Shown: positions 1-6,872 of the stretch, one piece after another | Layout: every line of letters begins with the position of its first letter | Numbering within the stretch: the stretch's first letter is position 1 | Source of the DNA: a virus | Lineage: Duplodnaviria > Caudoviricetes | DNA: 60,064 nucleotides | IMG/VR virus record: IMGVR_UViG_3300043449_001984 | Coordinates: 1-60,064 of that record | Strand: one strand, 5' to 3' | Notes under the pieces: generated by a model | The model's input: only the letters and a program-made list of their open reading frames with translations | Told to the model about the DNA's origin: nothing | Databases searched by the model: none | Made by a program: the position numbers and the translations under genes

Positions 1-214
1 AGATTTCAATGGTATTCTAGTAGATTGGTTGATAGGGACGATTTTATGCGATGGTTGGTATATAGTTTGCTTATTAGGTTTTAGGTTAACAGCGATTTCG
101 TGGGTGGATTTGGGGAATTCTAATGTCCACCCACTTTATAATCAAAATAACATCATTATCGCAACAATTACCAAAAACCCTGCTGCTACTATATAAGGTT
201 CATACTTTAACATA

Positions 215-376
215 TTACAGCTTCTGAGTCTTACCGCAGACAGAACAAGTTGCCTCGGTTTTCTTTTGATCTAAAGAACAAACTCGCATACCTTGACCAT
301 ATTTAGAATCTTGGTAATCTGATGCGTGAGAAGGATTTCCCTTACAATTACACTTCTTAATTACTGTACCTGACAT
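215..376 (-). CDS. small Cys-rich (putative Zn-binding) protein, 53 aa
   Basis: Hand-translated MSGTVIKKCNCKGNPSH...CSVCGKTQKL; CxC and CxxC pairs; AGGAG upstream. Confidence 0.65.
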   Translation of the reverse strand: MSGTVIKKCNCKGNPSHASDYQDSKYGQGMRVCSLDQKKTEATCSVCGKTQKL

Positions 377-400
377 AATATATACTCCTATTGTTAATAA

Positions 401-739
401 CTACTTCGGACTTCCGTGGAAATCTCCTTGGAAACAATGTCTAACTTCGTGACCAAGAGTTGCCATTGAAGTCTTCTTTTCGGTAATAATGTGACAAACA
501 TCAAAACCTAATCTTTTTCCCCAGAAAGAACACGCTTCAACTTGAAACGAAAACCCTCCTAATCCTCTACTTCTACTTTCTTTATCACACCTTTTCTGAA
601 CATCTTTTGCCTGTTCCCAAGTAATAAGGCTCATGGATGTAAAGTTCTTCTTTGTAGAAAATAGTGCATTAGGATCTTCGTGATATTCAAATGCTGATAC
701 CGAAGAAGAAATAAAAGCAAGAACCAGAAGGATTTTCAT
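401..739 (-). CDS. exported protein with HExxH metallopeptidase-like motif
   Basis: N-terminal signal peptide (MKILLVLAFISSSVSA); TLGHEVRHCF; several Cys. Confidence 0.6.
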   Translation of the reverse strand: MKILLVLAFISSSVSAFEYHEDPNALFSTKKNFTSMSLITWEQAKDVQKRCDKESRSRGLGGFSFQVEACSFWGKRLGFDVCHIITEKKTSMATLGHEVRHCFQGDFHGSPK

Positions 740-769
740 TTTAGTTTACATTTTCAATCAAGGAAATAT

Positions 770-798
770 ATTTTACCTTGATGTGTTAAAAAAGTAAA
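770..798 (-). promoter_or_regulatory. sigma70-type early promoter
   Basis: TTTACT-17 nt-TAAAAT upstream of 739. Confidence 0.55.
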
Positions 799-799
799 G

Positions 800-1018
800 T
801 CATATCCCAAAGAAAATTTCCCAATGTTGATCAGGTTGAATTACATCATTTATTGGAGTATCAGACAACCTGACTCTAGTTTCATAATTTTTCTCTTTCA
901 TTTCATCCATATAAACAAAAGATTGTTGTAATGTTTCAAAATACTTCAAAGGTTCCCAATTTACTATATTAGTAAGGTAATCGGATTTATTATAACCTTC
1001 TACAAGAAATGCTTTCAT
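800..1018 (-). CDS. hypothetical protein
   Basis: ORF; likely start MKAFLVE overlaps the upstream stop (TAATG). Confidence 0.55.
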   Translation of the reverse strand: MKAFLVEGYNKSDYLTNIVNWEPLKYFETLQQSFVYMDEMKEKNYETRVRLSDTPINDVIQPDQHWEIFFGI

Positions 1019-1488
1019 TATGCTACCTTCAAAGTTTTGAAACGATCTGCACAATGTGATGCAACAAACGAATCAGGTTTGATGAATGGAACTACATTAC
1101 ATACACCTTTGATATAACCAATCGCTTCATTAACAACGCAAGAAGAACCATACTTTTCATCTTTATTAATATCTAGATGAACTTCTACATCTCTATCTTC
1201 TAAAACATCTGCCAACTTTAAGTAAAGTTCTGCAATTTTATAGACTTCTGTCATTAAACGCATTCTTGGTTTATTTTTCTTTTGATCGTAGTCTCTTTCT
1301 CTTTGAACTTCGCCAAAAACTTTACAACCGTGTTTGCCGTCAATATGTACTACAACAACTAACATATAATCTGCCCACCATTGCCCTTTATACTTAAAAC
1401 GTTCAGAGTCGCCTCCAATATAAATTTTTGTACTTGGACCTTGGTTGTCAATAAATTGTTTTACTTCATCTATGTTAATTGTTTGCAT
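1018..1488 (-). CDS. RNase H-like YkuK (DUF458) family protein
   Basis: IYIGGDS, RLMTEV, EVHLDIN and IKPDSFVASHCADR motifs. Confidence 0.75.
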   Translation of the reverse strand: MQTINIDEVKQFIDNQGPSTKIYIGGDSERFKYKGQWWADYMLVVVVHIDGKHGCKVFGEVQRERDYDQKKNKPRMRLMTEVYKIAELYLKLADVLEDRDVEVHLDINKDEKYGSSCVVNEAIGYIKGVCNVVPFIKPDSFVASHCADRFKTLKVA

Positions 1489-1519
1489 AAATCACCTACA
1501 TATTGTCTCCATTAAAATT

Positions 1520-1593
1520 TGGAGCGGGTAGATGGTACTGACCCATCTTTTTCTGTTTGGCAAACAGAGGTTTTACCTTTAAACTATACCCGC
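1520..1593 (-). tRNA. trnG: tRNA-Gly(GCC), atypical T-loop GTCAGTA
   Basis: Cloverleaf; TCTGT-TT GCC AA-ACAGA; encoded CCA. Confidence 0.85.
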
Positions 1594-1598
1594 AAATT

Positions 1599-1675
1599 TG
1601 GCATCCCAGGAGAGCCTCGAACTCCCAACCTGTGGTTTTGGAGACCACCGCTCTACCAAATTGAGCTACTGAGAT
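1599..1675 (-). tRNA. trnW: tRNA-Trp(CCA)
   Basis: GTGGT-CT CCA AA-ACCAC; GTTCGA; CCA end. Confidence 0.95.
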
Positions 1676-1676
1676 A

Positions 1677-1871
1677 TTACTCTTCTTTACTTCTATTTAA
1701 AAATGCTTCTGCTCTTAATCTCTTTTCTTCAAGTAAAATTAATACCTGAGAATAAATAATATCAATTTCTTTTGAACCAAGGATAAATTGTTCTTTATGC
1801 GCACAATCTCTTACTTTAAAGATTGTGCCTTCTACTAAATTGTAGATTAATTGTGCGTCTCTTTTGTTCAT
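1677..1871 (-). CDS. hypothetical protein, 64 aa
   Basis: Start moved to MNKRDAQ (AGAG upstream) because the longer ORF runs through two tRNAs. Confidence 0.55.
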   Translation of the reverse strand: MNKRDAQLIYNLVEGTIFKVRDCAHKEQFILGSKEIDIIYSQVLILLEEKRLRAEAFLNRSKEE

Positions 1872-1888
1872 AATATACTCTAATGAAT

Positions 1889-1964
1889 TGGTCCGGATTG
1901 AGAGATTCGAACTCCCGTCCCTGCGTCCCAAACGCAGTGCTAAACCAACCTCAGCTAAACCCGG
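1889..1964 (-). tRNA. trnP: tRNA-Pro(TGG)
   Basis: CTGCG-TT TGG GA-CGCAG; CCA end. Confidence 0.95.
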
Positions 1965-1973
1965 ATTAATTTG

Positions 1974-2048
1974 TGGAGAATATCGGATTCGAACCGATCT
2001 GAAATAAGTTTGCAAAACTTACGACCACCCCAAGCAGTCCCATTCCCC
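1974..2048 (-). tRNA. trnA: tRNA-Ala(TGC), CCA not encoded (CAA)
   Basis: TAAGT-TT TGC AA-ACTTA; G3:U70; A discriminator. Confidence 0.85.
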
Positions 2049-2054
2049 TAAATT

Positions 2055-2131
2055 TGGCTGTGCTCCAGGGATTCGAACCCCGCTACTTTCGATTAACAGT
2101 CGAAGCCTTTCACCTAGCCAGGACGAGCACA
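2055..2131 (-). tRNA. trnN: tRNA-Asn(GTT)
   Basis: TTCGA-CT GTT AA-TCGAA; CCA end. Confidence 0.9.
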
Positions 2132-2200
2132 TTAAACTTTTATTTATTTCTATAATGTTTAGTAATTTCTATCTGTTAACTAGAAATCCATTATAGTAAT

Positions 2201-2229
2201 ATCTTACTACGACTTATAAAGAAAGTCAA
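2201..2229 (-). promoter_or_regulatory. sigma70-type promoter inside the tRNA array
   Basis: TTGACT-17 nt-TAAGAT. Confidence 0.6.
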
Positions 2230-2239
2230 CCTTTATTTT

Positions 2240-2525
2240 TTATTCAGAATATTCGTCTTTTTTTGGAAATTTTTGTTGTAATTTTTTATCGAAAGCGTCT
2301 GTTGCCCATTTTCTAATTTTTTTATCTACTGGATGGTCTATATGGGGATTATCTATTTTGTGTTTTATATCAGACTTAAATTGTTTATACGTATGTTTTA
2401 TATTTCTTGGAGCATATGGATGTTGGAGTCTATCCATTATTTTTTCTAACTCTGCTTTTTTTTTGTTCTGGAGTTCTTTTATCTTCTTCATTGATTTCTT
2501 GTATAAATTTTTTGAAAGTTTTCAT
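2240..2525 (-). CDS. putative internal head protein, frameshifted at an A9 run (2456-2464)
   Basis: MKTFKKFIQE... begins at 2525 and joins the 2240-2491 ORF if the run is A8; TATAAATA at 2552-2559. Confidence 0.55.
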
Positions 2526-2551
2526 ATAATTTCCTTAATTGATTGATTATA

Positions 2552-2559
2552 TATTTATA
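2552..2559 (-). promoter_or_regulatory. T4-type late promoter
   Basis: TATAAATA. Confidence 0.65.
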
Positions 2560-2574
2560 AAAACTTTTTAAGAT

Positions 2575-2649
2575 TGGAGCTCCCTGCCGGAATCGAACCG
2601 ACTTCTCAAGATTACAAGTCTAGTGCATCGCCGCTTATGCTTAGGGAGC
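2575..2649 (-). tRNA. trnT: tRNA-Thr(TGT)
   Basis: CTAGA-CT TGT AA-TCTTG; CCA end. Confidence 0.9.
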
Positions 2650-2653
2650 ATTA

Positions 2654-2830
2654 TCATTCTTTCAACAAACAATACGAATATATTTCTGATCCAGTTTTAG
2701 AACTCATATTCGCATACAGAGGTAACATTGTATCATATGCTACCTGACATTTATCTTTAGAAGTAAATCCATCAACTTGAACAGTTTGAATTTGTCCTAC
2801 CATAACAAAATAAACTATTAAAGTATACAT
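2654..2830 (-). CDS. small hypothetical protein, 58 aa
   Basis: Hand-translated MYTLIVYFVMVGQ...YCLLKE; hydrophobic N-terminus; AGGA upstream. Confidence 0.55.
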   Translation of the reverse strand: MYTLIVYFVMVGQIQTVQVDGFTSKDKCQVAYDTMLPLYANMSSKTGSEIYSYCLLKE

Positions 2831-2838
2831 ACCATTTC

Positions 2839-3366
2839 CTACTTATTTGGATTTACTCTTGCCGCACCTTTACTAGAACGAAGAGGTCTTACCTGACTAT
2901 GATGAGTTATCATATAACTCGTTGAACCAGGATCTTCAAACACATTCTCATATGATAAAGTATGTATACCATTTTTTCTTAATGATTTTGCAACGTGCTT
3001 AAATGTCAAATCTCCTTTTAATACTTTATTCTGTTGATGCTGTTGTTGGGTAATATGCCCGGCTCTTAATAACATATTATTCAAATCGTGAGGAGTATGA
3101 TCTCCTTCAAAATCTGGTAAATGTGCAACTTTACCCAATTTAATTCTAACTGCGTGGTGATGTACTTCATCACCAGTACCTAAATCGCCAGACATTTTTC
3201 TATTTCTAACTAAATCTCTAGAAGCATTTGCAGTTCCAAAATGAGATAATGGTCTAAAATCTGTACCAGCAAATTTATATGGAGAAAGATGATGCAAAAC
3301 TTCGCTTTCCCCTTCTTGCGCTTTATATTCTTTACTTTCTTCTATAAATTTCTTAAACGATAACAT
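2839..3366 (-). CDS. putative ADP-ribosyltransferase (ART-PolyVal-like) with capsid-targeting N-terminus
   Basis: MLSFKKFIEE; VLHH...SHFGT...LRKNGIHTLSYENVFEDPGSTSYMI..SQV pattern. Confidence 0.55.
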   Translation of the reverse strand: MLSFKKFIEESKEYKAQEGESEVLHHLSPYKFAGTDFRPLSHFGTANASRDLVRNRKMSGDLGTGDEVHHHAVRIKLGKVAHLPDFEGDHTPHDLNNMLLRAGHITQQQHQQNKVLKGDLTFKHVAKSLRKNGIHTLSYENVFEDPGSTSYMITHHSQVRPLRSSKGAARVNPNK

Positions 3367-3406
3367 TTAAATACTCCAAAATATGATATTGAGTATTTAT
3401 TCAACT

Positions 3407-3481
3407 TGGCGGTTCTAAGGGGGAACGATCCCCTACTTATGCTGTGACAGAGCATCGTGCAGACCACTACACTATAGAACC
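3407..3481 (-). tRNA. trnD: tRNA-Asp(GTC)
   Basis: ATGCT-CT GTC AC-AGCAT; CCA end. Confidence 0.9.
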
Positions 3482-3489
3482 TTAAACTT

Positions 3490-3563
3490 TGGTGGCGATA
3501 GGAAGAATCAAACTTCCGCTCAGAGGATATGAATCTCTTGTTCTATCACTAAACTATATCGCC
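3490..3563 (-). tRNA. tRNA-CAT (Met or Ile2)
   Basis: AGAGA-TT CAT AT-CCTCT; CCA end; one mismatch in anticodon stem. Confidence 0.8.
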
Positions 3564-3572
3564 AATAATATT

Positions 3573-3649
3573 TGGTGGGTCCCCTCGGATTTGAACCGAG
3601 ACTCTCTCATGTTATGAGCATGGCGTTTTTACCCTTAAACTAGAGACCC
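3573..3649 (-). tRNA. tRNA-CAT (Met or Ile2)
   Basis: CATG-CT CAT AA-CATG; CCA end. Confidence 0.85.
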
Positions 3650-3656
3650 TAATATT

Positions 3657-3730
3657 TGGTGCTCCTAGATGGTATCGATCCACCGTCTGAATCTTATCAG
3701 GATTCTGTTCTACCTTTGAACTATAGAAGC
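3657..3730 (-). tRNA. trnI: tRNA-Ile(GAT)
   Basis: GAATC-CT GAT AA-GATTC; CCA end. Confidence 0.9.
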
Positions 3731-3736
3731 ATAAAT

Positions 3737-3822
3737 TGGTGGGGCGAGTGGGATTCGAACCCACTCGGAAATTAATCGCTAGATTAAAAGTCTAGTGCCG
3801 CAACCAATTCGGCGTCCGCCCC
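3737..3822 (-). tRNA. trnK: tRNA-Lys(TTT) with long variable region
   Basis: CTAGA-CT TTT AA-TCTAG; 14-nt variable region; CCA end. Confidence 0.8.
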
Positions 3823-3856
3823 ATGTATTCTAGACTTTACGATTAATTCCAATATT

Positions 3857-3932
3857 TGGCATCGCTAGAGGGACTCGAACCCCCGACCATTCGCTTAGAA
3901 GGCGAATGCTCTATCCACTGAGCTATAGCGAC
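3857..3932 (-). tRNA. trnR: tRNA-Arg(TCT)
   Basis: TTCGC-CT TCT AA-GCGAA; CCA end. Confidence 0.95.
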
Positions 3933-3939
3933 ATTATTT

Positions 3940-4016
3940 TGGTGCGCCCCCTCGGACTTGAACCGAGAACCAACAGATTATGAGTCTGCTACTCTGACCA
4001 ATTGAGCTAGAAGCAC
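3940..4016 (-). tRNA. tRNA-CAT (Met or Ile2)
   Basis: GCAGA-CT CAT AA-TCTGT; CCA end. Confidence 0.9.
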
Positions 4017-4022
4017 TTGTCA

Positions 4023-4559
4023 TTAAATTTTTTCTATTACAATAAATCCATTATTTTCTATGGTGGAATATACAAATTTCCAGTTATGATTCTTTGTCAT
4101 AAATTCTATTATTGCTGGTAATAATCCTATTCTATCGTCTTCACCATAAAGTCCAAACGTAAATGTGTCATGAAACGCAATATATTTTCTAACTTTATGA
4201 GAATGAATATTTAATTCCGCAATTAATTGATCATATGTATGTTTAGAATCTATAAACAAAAAATCAGTTTCTTGTATTTCAACGTTTAGCGTATTTCCTT
4301 TAATATATTCAACATCTCTACCTTGAGATTTTGCTAATTCAAACCTTTCGTTTAGAACTTCATCTATATAAAGATCATAAGATCGTAAAACTACTTCTAC
4401 GGATAATAATGCTCTTGTTGATATTCCATCACGAACTCCAAATTCTGTTACGTGATTACATTCTGATGCTATTGTTCTTAGCAGTGGCAAATGGAAATAA
4501 ATATCACCAAATGTATTGCAAGCAATCTCATATTCTTTTATAAATGATTCATCTACCAT
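4023..4559 (-). CDS. class I SAM-dependent methyltransferase (Methyltransf_24-like)
   Basis: VTEFGVRDGIST motif I; DFLFIDSKHTY; IAFHD. Confidence 0.75.
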   Translation of the reverse strand: MVDESFIKEYEIACNTFGDIYFHLPLLRTIASECNHVTEFGVRDGISTRALLSVEVVLRSYDLYIDEVLNERFELAKSQGRDVEYIKGNTLNVEIQETDFLFIDSKHTYDQLIAELNIHSHKVRKYIAFHDTFTFGLYGEDDRIGLLPAIIEFMTKNHNWKFVYSTIENNGFIVIEKI

Positions 4560-4580
4560 AATTTTTCTCTAGTTGTAAAT

Positions 4581-4665
4581 TGGTGGGGGTGGAAGGATTC
4601 GAACCCACTAACCCGAAAGAACTGATTTACAGTCAGCCGCCACTCGCCATCGTAGCCGCACCCCC
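4581..4665 (-). tRNA. trnY: tRNA-Tyr(GTA)
   Basis: GCTGA-CT GTA AA-TCAGT; long variable arm; CCA end. Confidence 0.95.
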
Positions 4666-4670
4666 CAAAA

Positions 4671-4775
4671 CTTTTTATAAGATAGAATAATCAATCCTAA
4701 CTTTGCTACCACAAAGATACTCGCTATTGGTAGATAACCGGGAACTATCCCGTCGAATATCCTATCTTATAAAAG
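4671..4775 (-). ncRNA. structured RNA with long closing stem and kissing loops
   Basis: TTTTATAAGATAG/CTATCTTATAAAA closing stem; internal hairpin loops CTACCA and TGGTAG are complementary. Confidence 0.65.
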
Positions 4776-4866
4776 AACCGATACTCTAAGAGTAATATTA
4801 ATCCTCGGTTCAACAGATATAGATGTCTATTTCCATCAGTCAAATGATATTTCCTATCATTATGTT

Positions 4867-4942
4867 TGGAAGCGAGTGGTGGAATCGAACACACCCTCTC
4901 TAGCTTATGAGACTAGAATAGTCACCAGACTACATACTCGCA
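4867..4942 (-). tRNA. tRNA-Met(CAT), initiator-like
   Basis: CTAGT-CT CAT AA-GCTAG; 1:72 mismatch; CCA end. Confidence 0.75.
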
Positions 4943-5778
4943 AGTTCTTTTATAACTTTTAAAGCAATATTCTTATATATTTTAGAAATTTCTTTCTCTG
5001 ATGTTTGAAATATTAATGGTATTCCTTTATCAGAATTATCTCTAATACTTTGGTTAATAGGTATTGATCCTAATAATTTAGTATTAAATTTTTTCATCAT
5101 CTTTTTTGCGCCACCCTCTCCAAATATATGAGAAGTGTGGTTACAATTTGGGCAGACAAACAAACTCATATTTTCAACAATTCCAAGTATTGGTATATTG
5201 GAATCTTTAAACATCTGTATACCTTTTTGTACATCAAGTAAAGCAATTTCTTGTGGAGTAGTGACAATCACAGCTCCCGCCAAATTCATTTTATTTGACA
5301 TAGAAATTTGAATATCACCAGTTCCAGGTGGCATATCAACAATCAAATATTCAAGAACGTCCCATTTAGTTTTATACATTAAATGGTGAATCATAGAGTC
5401 CAACATTGGACCTCTCCAAGTCACCGATTGATCTTCATCAATCATAAATCCAATAGACATTGCCTGAATATTATAAGCCATCACAGGAATATTTTCCTCA
5501 AAATGCCTTTCCGTTTTTGTATTATTTACTCCAAGAAGTAACGGAACACTTGGTCCATATATATCTGCATCCAAAATACCAACCTTATAACCCAGTTTTG
5601 ATATTGAAGCAGCTATATTAACAGCGGTTGTAGATTTTCCAACACCCCCTTTACAAGAAGAAACTGCAATAATTTTTGTATTTGCAAGAGGATTTTCCTT
5701 TGGCTTATATCTTGCCATTAATTGCTTCAATTCTTCATCAAGAAATTCTTCAGTATTATCTGTTTGAGTATCTTCCAT
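4930..5778 (-). CDS. mrp: Mrp/ApbC (NBP35 family) Fe-S cluster carrier ATPase
   Basis: KGGVGKST deviant Walker A; DADIYGPS; WRGPM; VDMPPGTGD; VENMS..CPNC. Confidence 0.92.
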   Translation of the reverse strand: MEDTQTDNTEEFLDEELKQLMARYKPKENPLANTKIIAVSSCKGGVGKSTTAVNIAASISKLGYKVGILDADIYGPSVPLLLGVNNTKTERHFEENIPVMAYNIQAMSIGFMIDEDQSVTWRGPMLDSMIHHLMYKTKWDVLEYLIVDMPPGTGDIQISMSNKMNLAGAVIVTTPQEIALLDVQKGIQMFKDSNIPILGIVENMSLFVCPNCNHTSHIFGEGGAKKMMKKFNTKLLGSIPINQSIRDNSDKGIPLIFQTSEKEISKIYKNIALKVIKELASM

Positions 5779-5808
5779 AATTTATCCTTACATAAATACT
5801 TATATATT

Positions 5809-5885
5809 TGGCGTCCCTACGGAGGATCGAACTCCGACTCTTCAGATTGAAAGTCTGACGATTTAACCAATTAATCTATAAGGAC
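5809..5885 (-). tRNA. trnE: tRNA-Glu(TTC)
   Basis: TCAGA-CT TTC AA-TCTGA; CCA end. Confidence 0.95.
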
Positions 5886-5891
5886 AAAATT

Positions 5892-5990
5892 TGGCCCCGT
5901 TATTACTCATAAGCGAGTAGCCCCAATGGTTTCTACTTATCAGTCATTTTAAGTCGGGAGAACGGGAGCACCGACATTAGTTGCAACACA
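5892..5990 (-). ncRNA. CCA-terminated non-tRNA structured RNA (possible pseudoknot)
   Basis: GTCGG/CCGAC stem whose loop CCCGTT can pair with 3' AACGGG; TACTCG/TGAGTA hairpin; ends GCCA. Confidence 0.5.
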
Positions 5991-5993
5991 ATT

Positions 5994-6284
5994 TGGTGCC
6001 GGTGGAGAGATTCGAACTCTCAATCCCGAAGGCGGCAGATTTTCTTACCACTATAGCTTTCACTACCATTTCTGTTTGTGGTCTGGACTATATCTTCACC
6101 ATATCATTAAGACTTAGGTGCTTGGGTATCTAGTCTCTACGGAGTCCTGTTTCCAGTTCCCTCGGTATTACCATCAGCATTATCTGTTAAGGTTTCACCG
6201 ATATCCCCAAGTCCACTTATACAATTTCTTATATAAGGCTCAAATTTCTCAAGTCTGCTGTGTATACCATTCCACCACACCGGC
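5994..6284 (-). tRNA. trnL: tRNA-Leu(TAA), interrupted by group I intron
   Basis: Exons 6284-6251 and 6053-5994 splice to GCAGA-CT T^AA AA-TCTGC; long variable arm; CCA end. Confidence 0.92.
6054..6250 (-). mobile_element. group I intron (trnL-UAA/IC3-like), 197 nt, no internal ORF
   Basis: Inserted after U34; P1 U.G pair (CTT/GAG); ATCGGTGAAACC and GGTAATACCGAG (P4/P6); GTAGAGACTAG and AAGATATAGTCC (P7); terminal G. Confidence 0.9.
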
Positions 6285-6290
6285 TTTTAT

Positions 6291-6710
6291 TCATTTACTA
6301 TACTGATTTTTACCTTCTTTGTTATTTGAAGGTTTTCCTTTCAACCCTTTTGCATTTAAGTTATTTAACATTTTTCTACTATTTAATTTTCTAGCTTCTT
6401 CTAAGCCATATTTTTCTACTAATTTCTGCCAACAGCTTTTCCAAGTTCCATTATCTTTAGCGTCTTGGATATTTTCTGATCTAGTTCCCCAGTATAAATG
6501 TTTTGGGTTAGAACATTTATCATTATGACAAGCGTGACATAAATCTATCCACGGATTTGGTTTATGGGGAATATTCGTATTCAAATATTGAGCAAGAACA
6601 CCTTTATGAACCGTACTGTTTCCACCACGCTCTATACAACATTCAGTCAAATCTAAATGCTCTGTTCTTGAATCTTTATTCTCTTTAATCCACTCTTCAA
6701 CCAAAATCAT
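6291..6710 (-). CDS. free-standing HNH (His-Me finger) homing endonuclease
   Basis: DLCHACHNDKCSNPKHLYWGTRSENIQD; basic C-terminal tail. Confidence 0.85.
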   Translation of the reverse strand: MILVEEWIKENKDSRTEHLDLTECCIERGGNSTVHKGVLAQYLNTNIPHKPNPWIDLCHACHNDKCSNPKHLYWGTRSENIQDAKDNGTWKSCWQKLVEKYGLEEARKLNSRKMLNNLNAKGLKGKPSNNKEGKNQYSK

Positions 6711-6723
6711 TTCATTTCCTTAA

Positions 6724-6783
6724 CCTCAACTACAGAACTATCTTAACCCATCAAGCCGCGAAAGTAAAGCGTTTTATTTTCGC
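6724..6783 (-). repeat. 60-bp promoter cassette, copy 1 (drives HNH)
   Basis: 52/60 identical to 6871-6930; TTTACT-17 nt-TAAGAT. Confidence 0.75.
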
Positions 6784-6789
6784 TAAATT

Positions 6790-6872
6790 TGGTGGATCTA
6801 TGGGAATCGAACCCATCCCTCTCTCACATTGCCTCGCGAGTCTATTTTTGAGAGGTCACACCAGCAAGACCC
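6790..6872 (-). ncRNA. tRNA-like RNA resembling a tmRNA tRNA-like domain
   Basis: GGGTCT/AGATCC-A-CCA with G3:U70; unpaired CTGGTGTGAC instead of D-stem; CTCTCA/TGAGAG helix; canonical T-arm. Confidence 0.6.

Noticed and set aside
1-213. Gene or RNA at the left edge, including hairpin GTGGGTGGA/TCCACCCAC (100-134)
   Set aside because: Only a 23-codon ORF and a truncated context; cannot be assigned from this window
1872-2015. N-terminal extension of ORF 1677-2015
   Set aside because: Runs through tRNA-Pro and tRNA-Ala; internal ATG at 1871 has an RBS
4776-5990. Hammerhead ribozymes at the two CTGAT...GAAA words
   Set aside because: Neither has the CUGANGA core with stems I-III and a cleavage triplet
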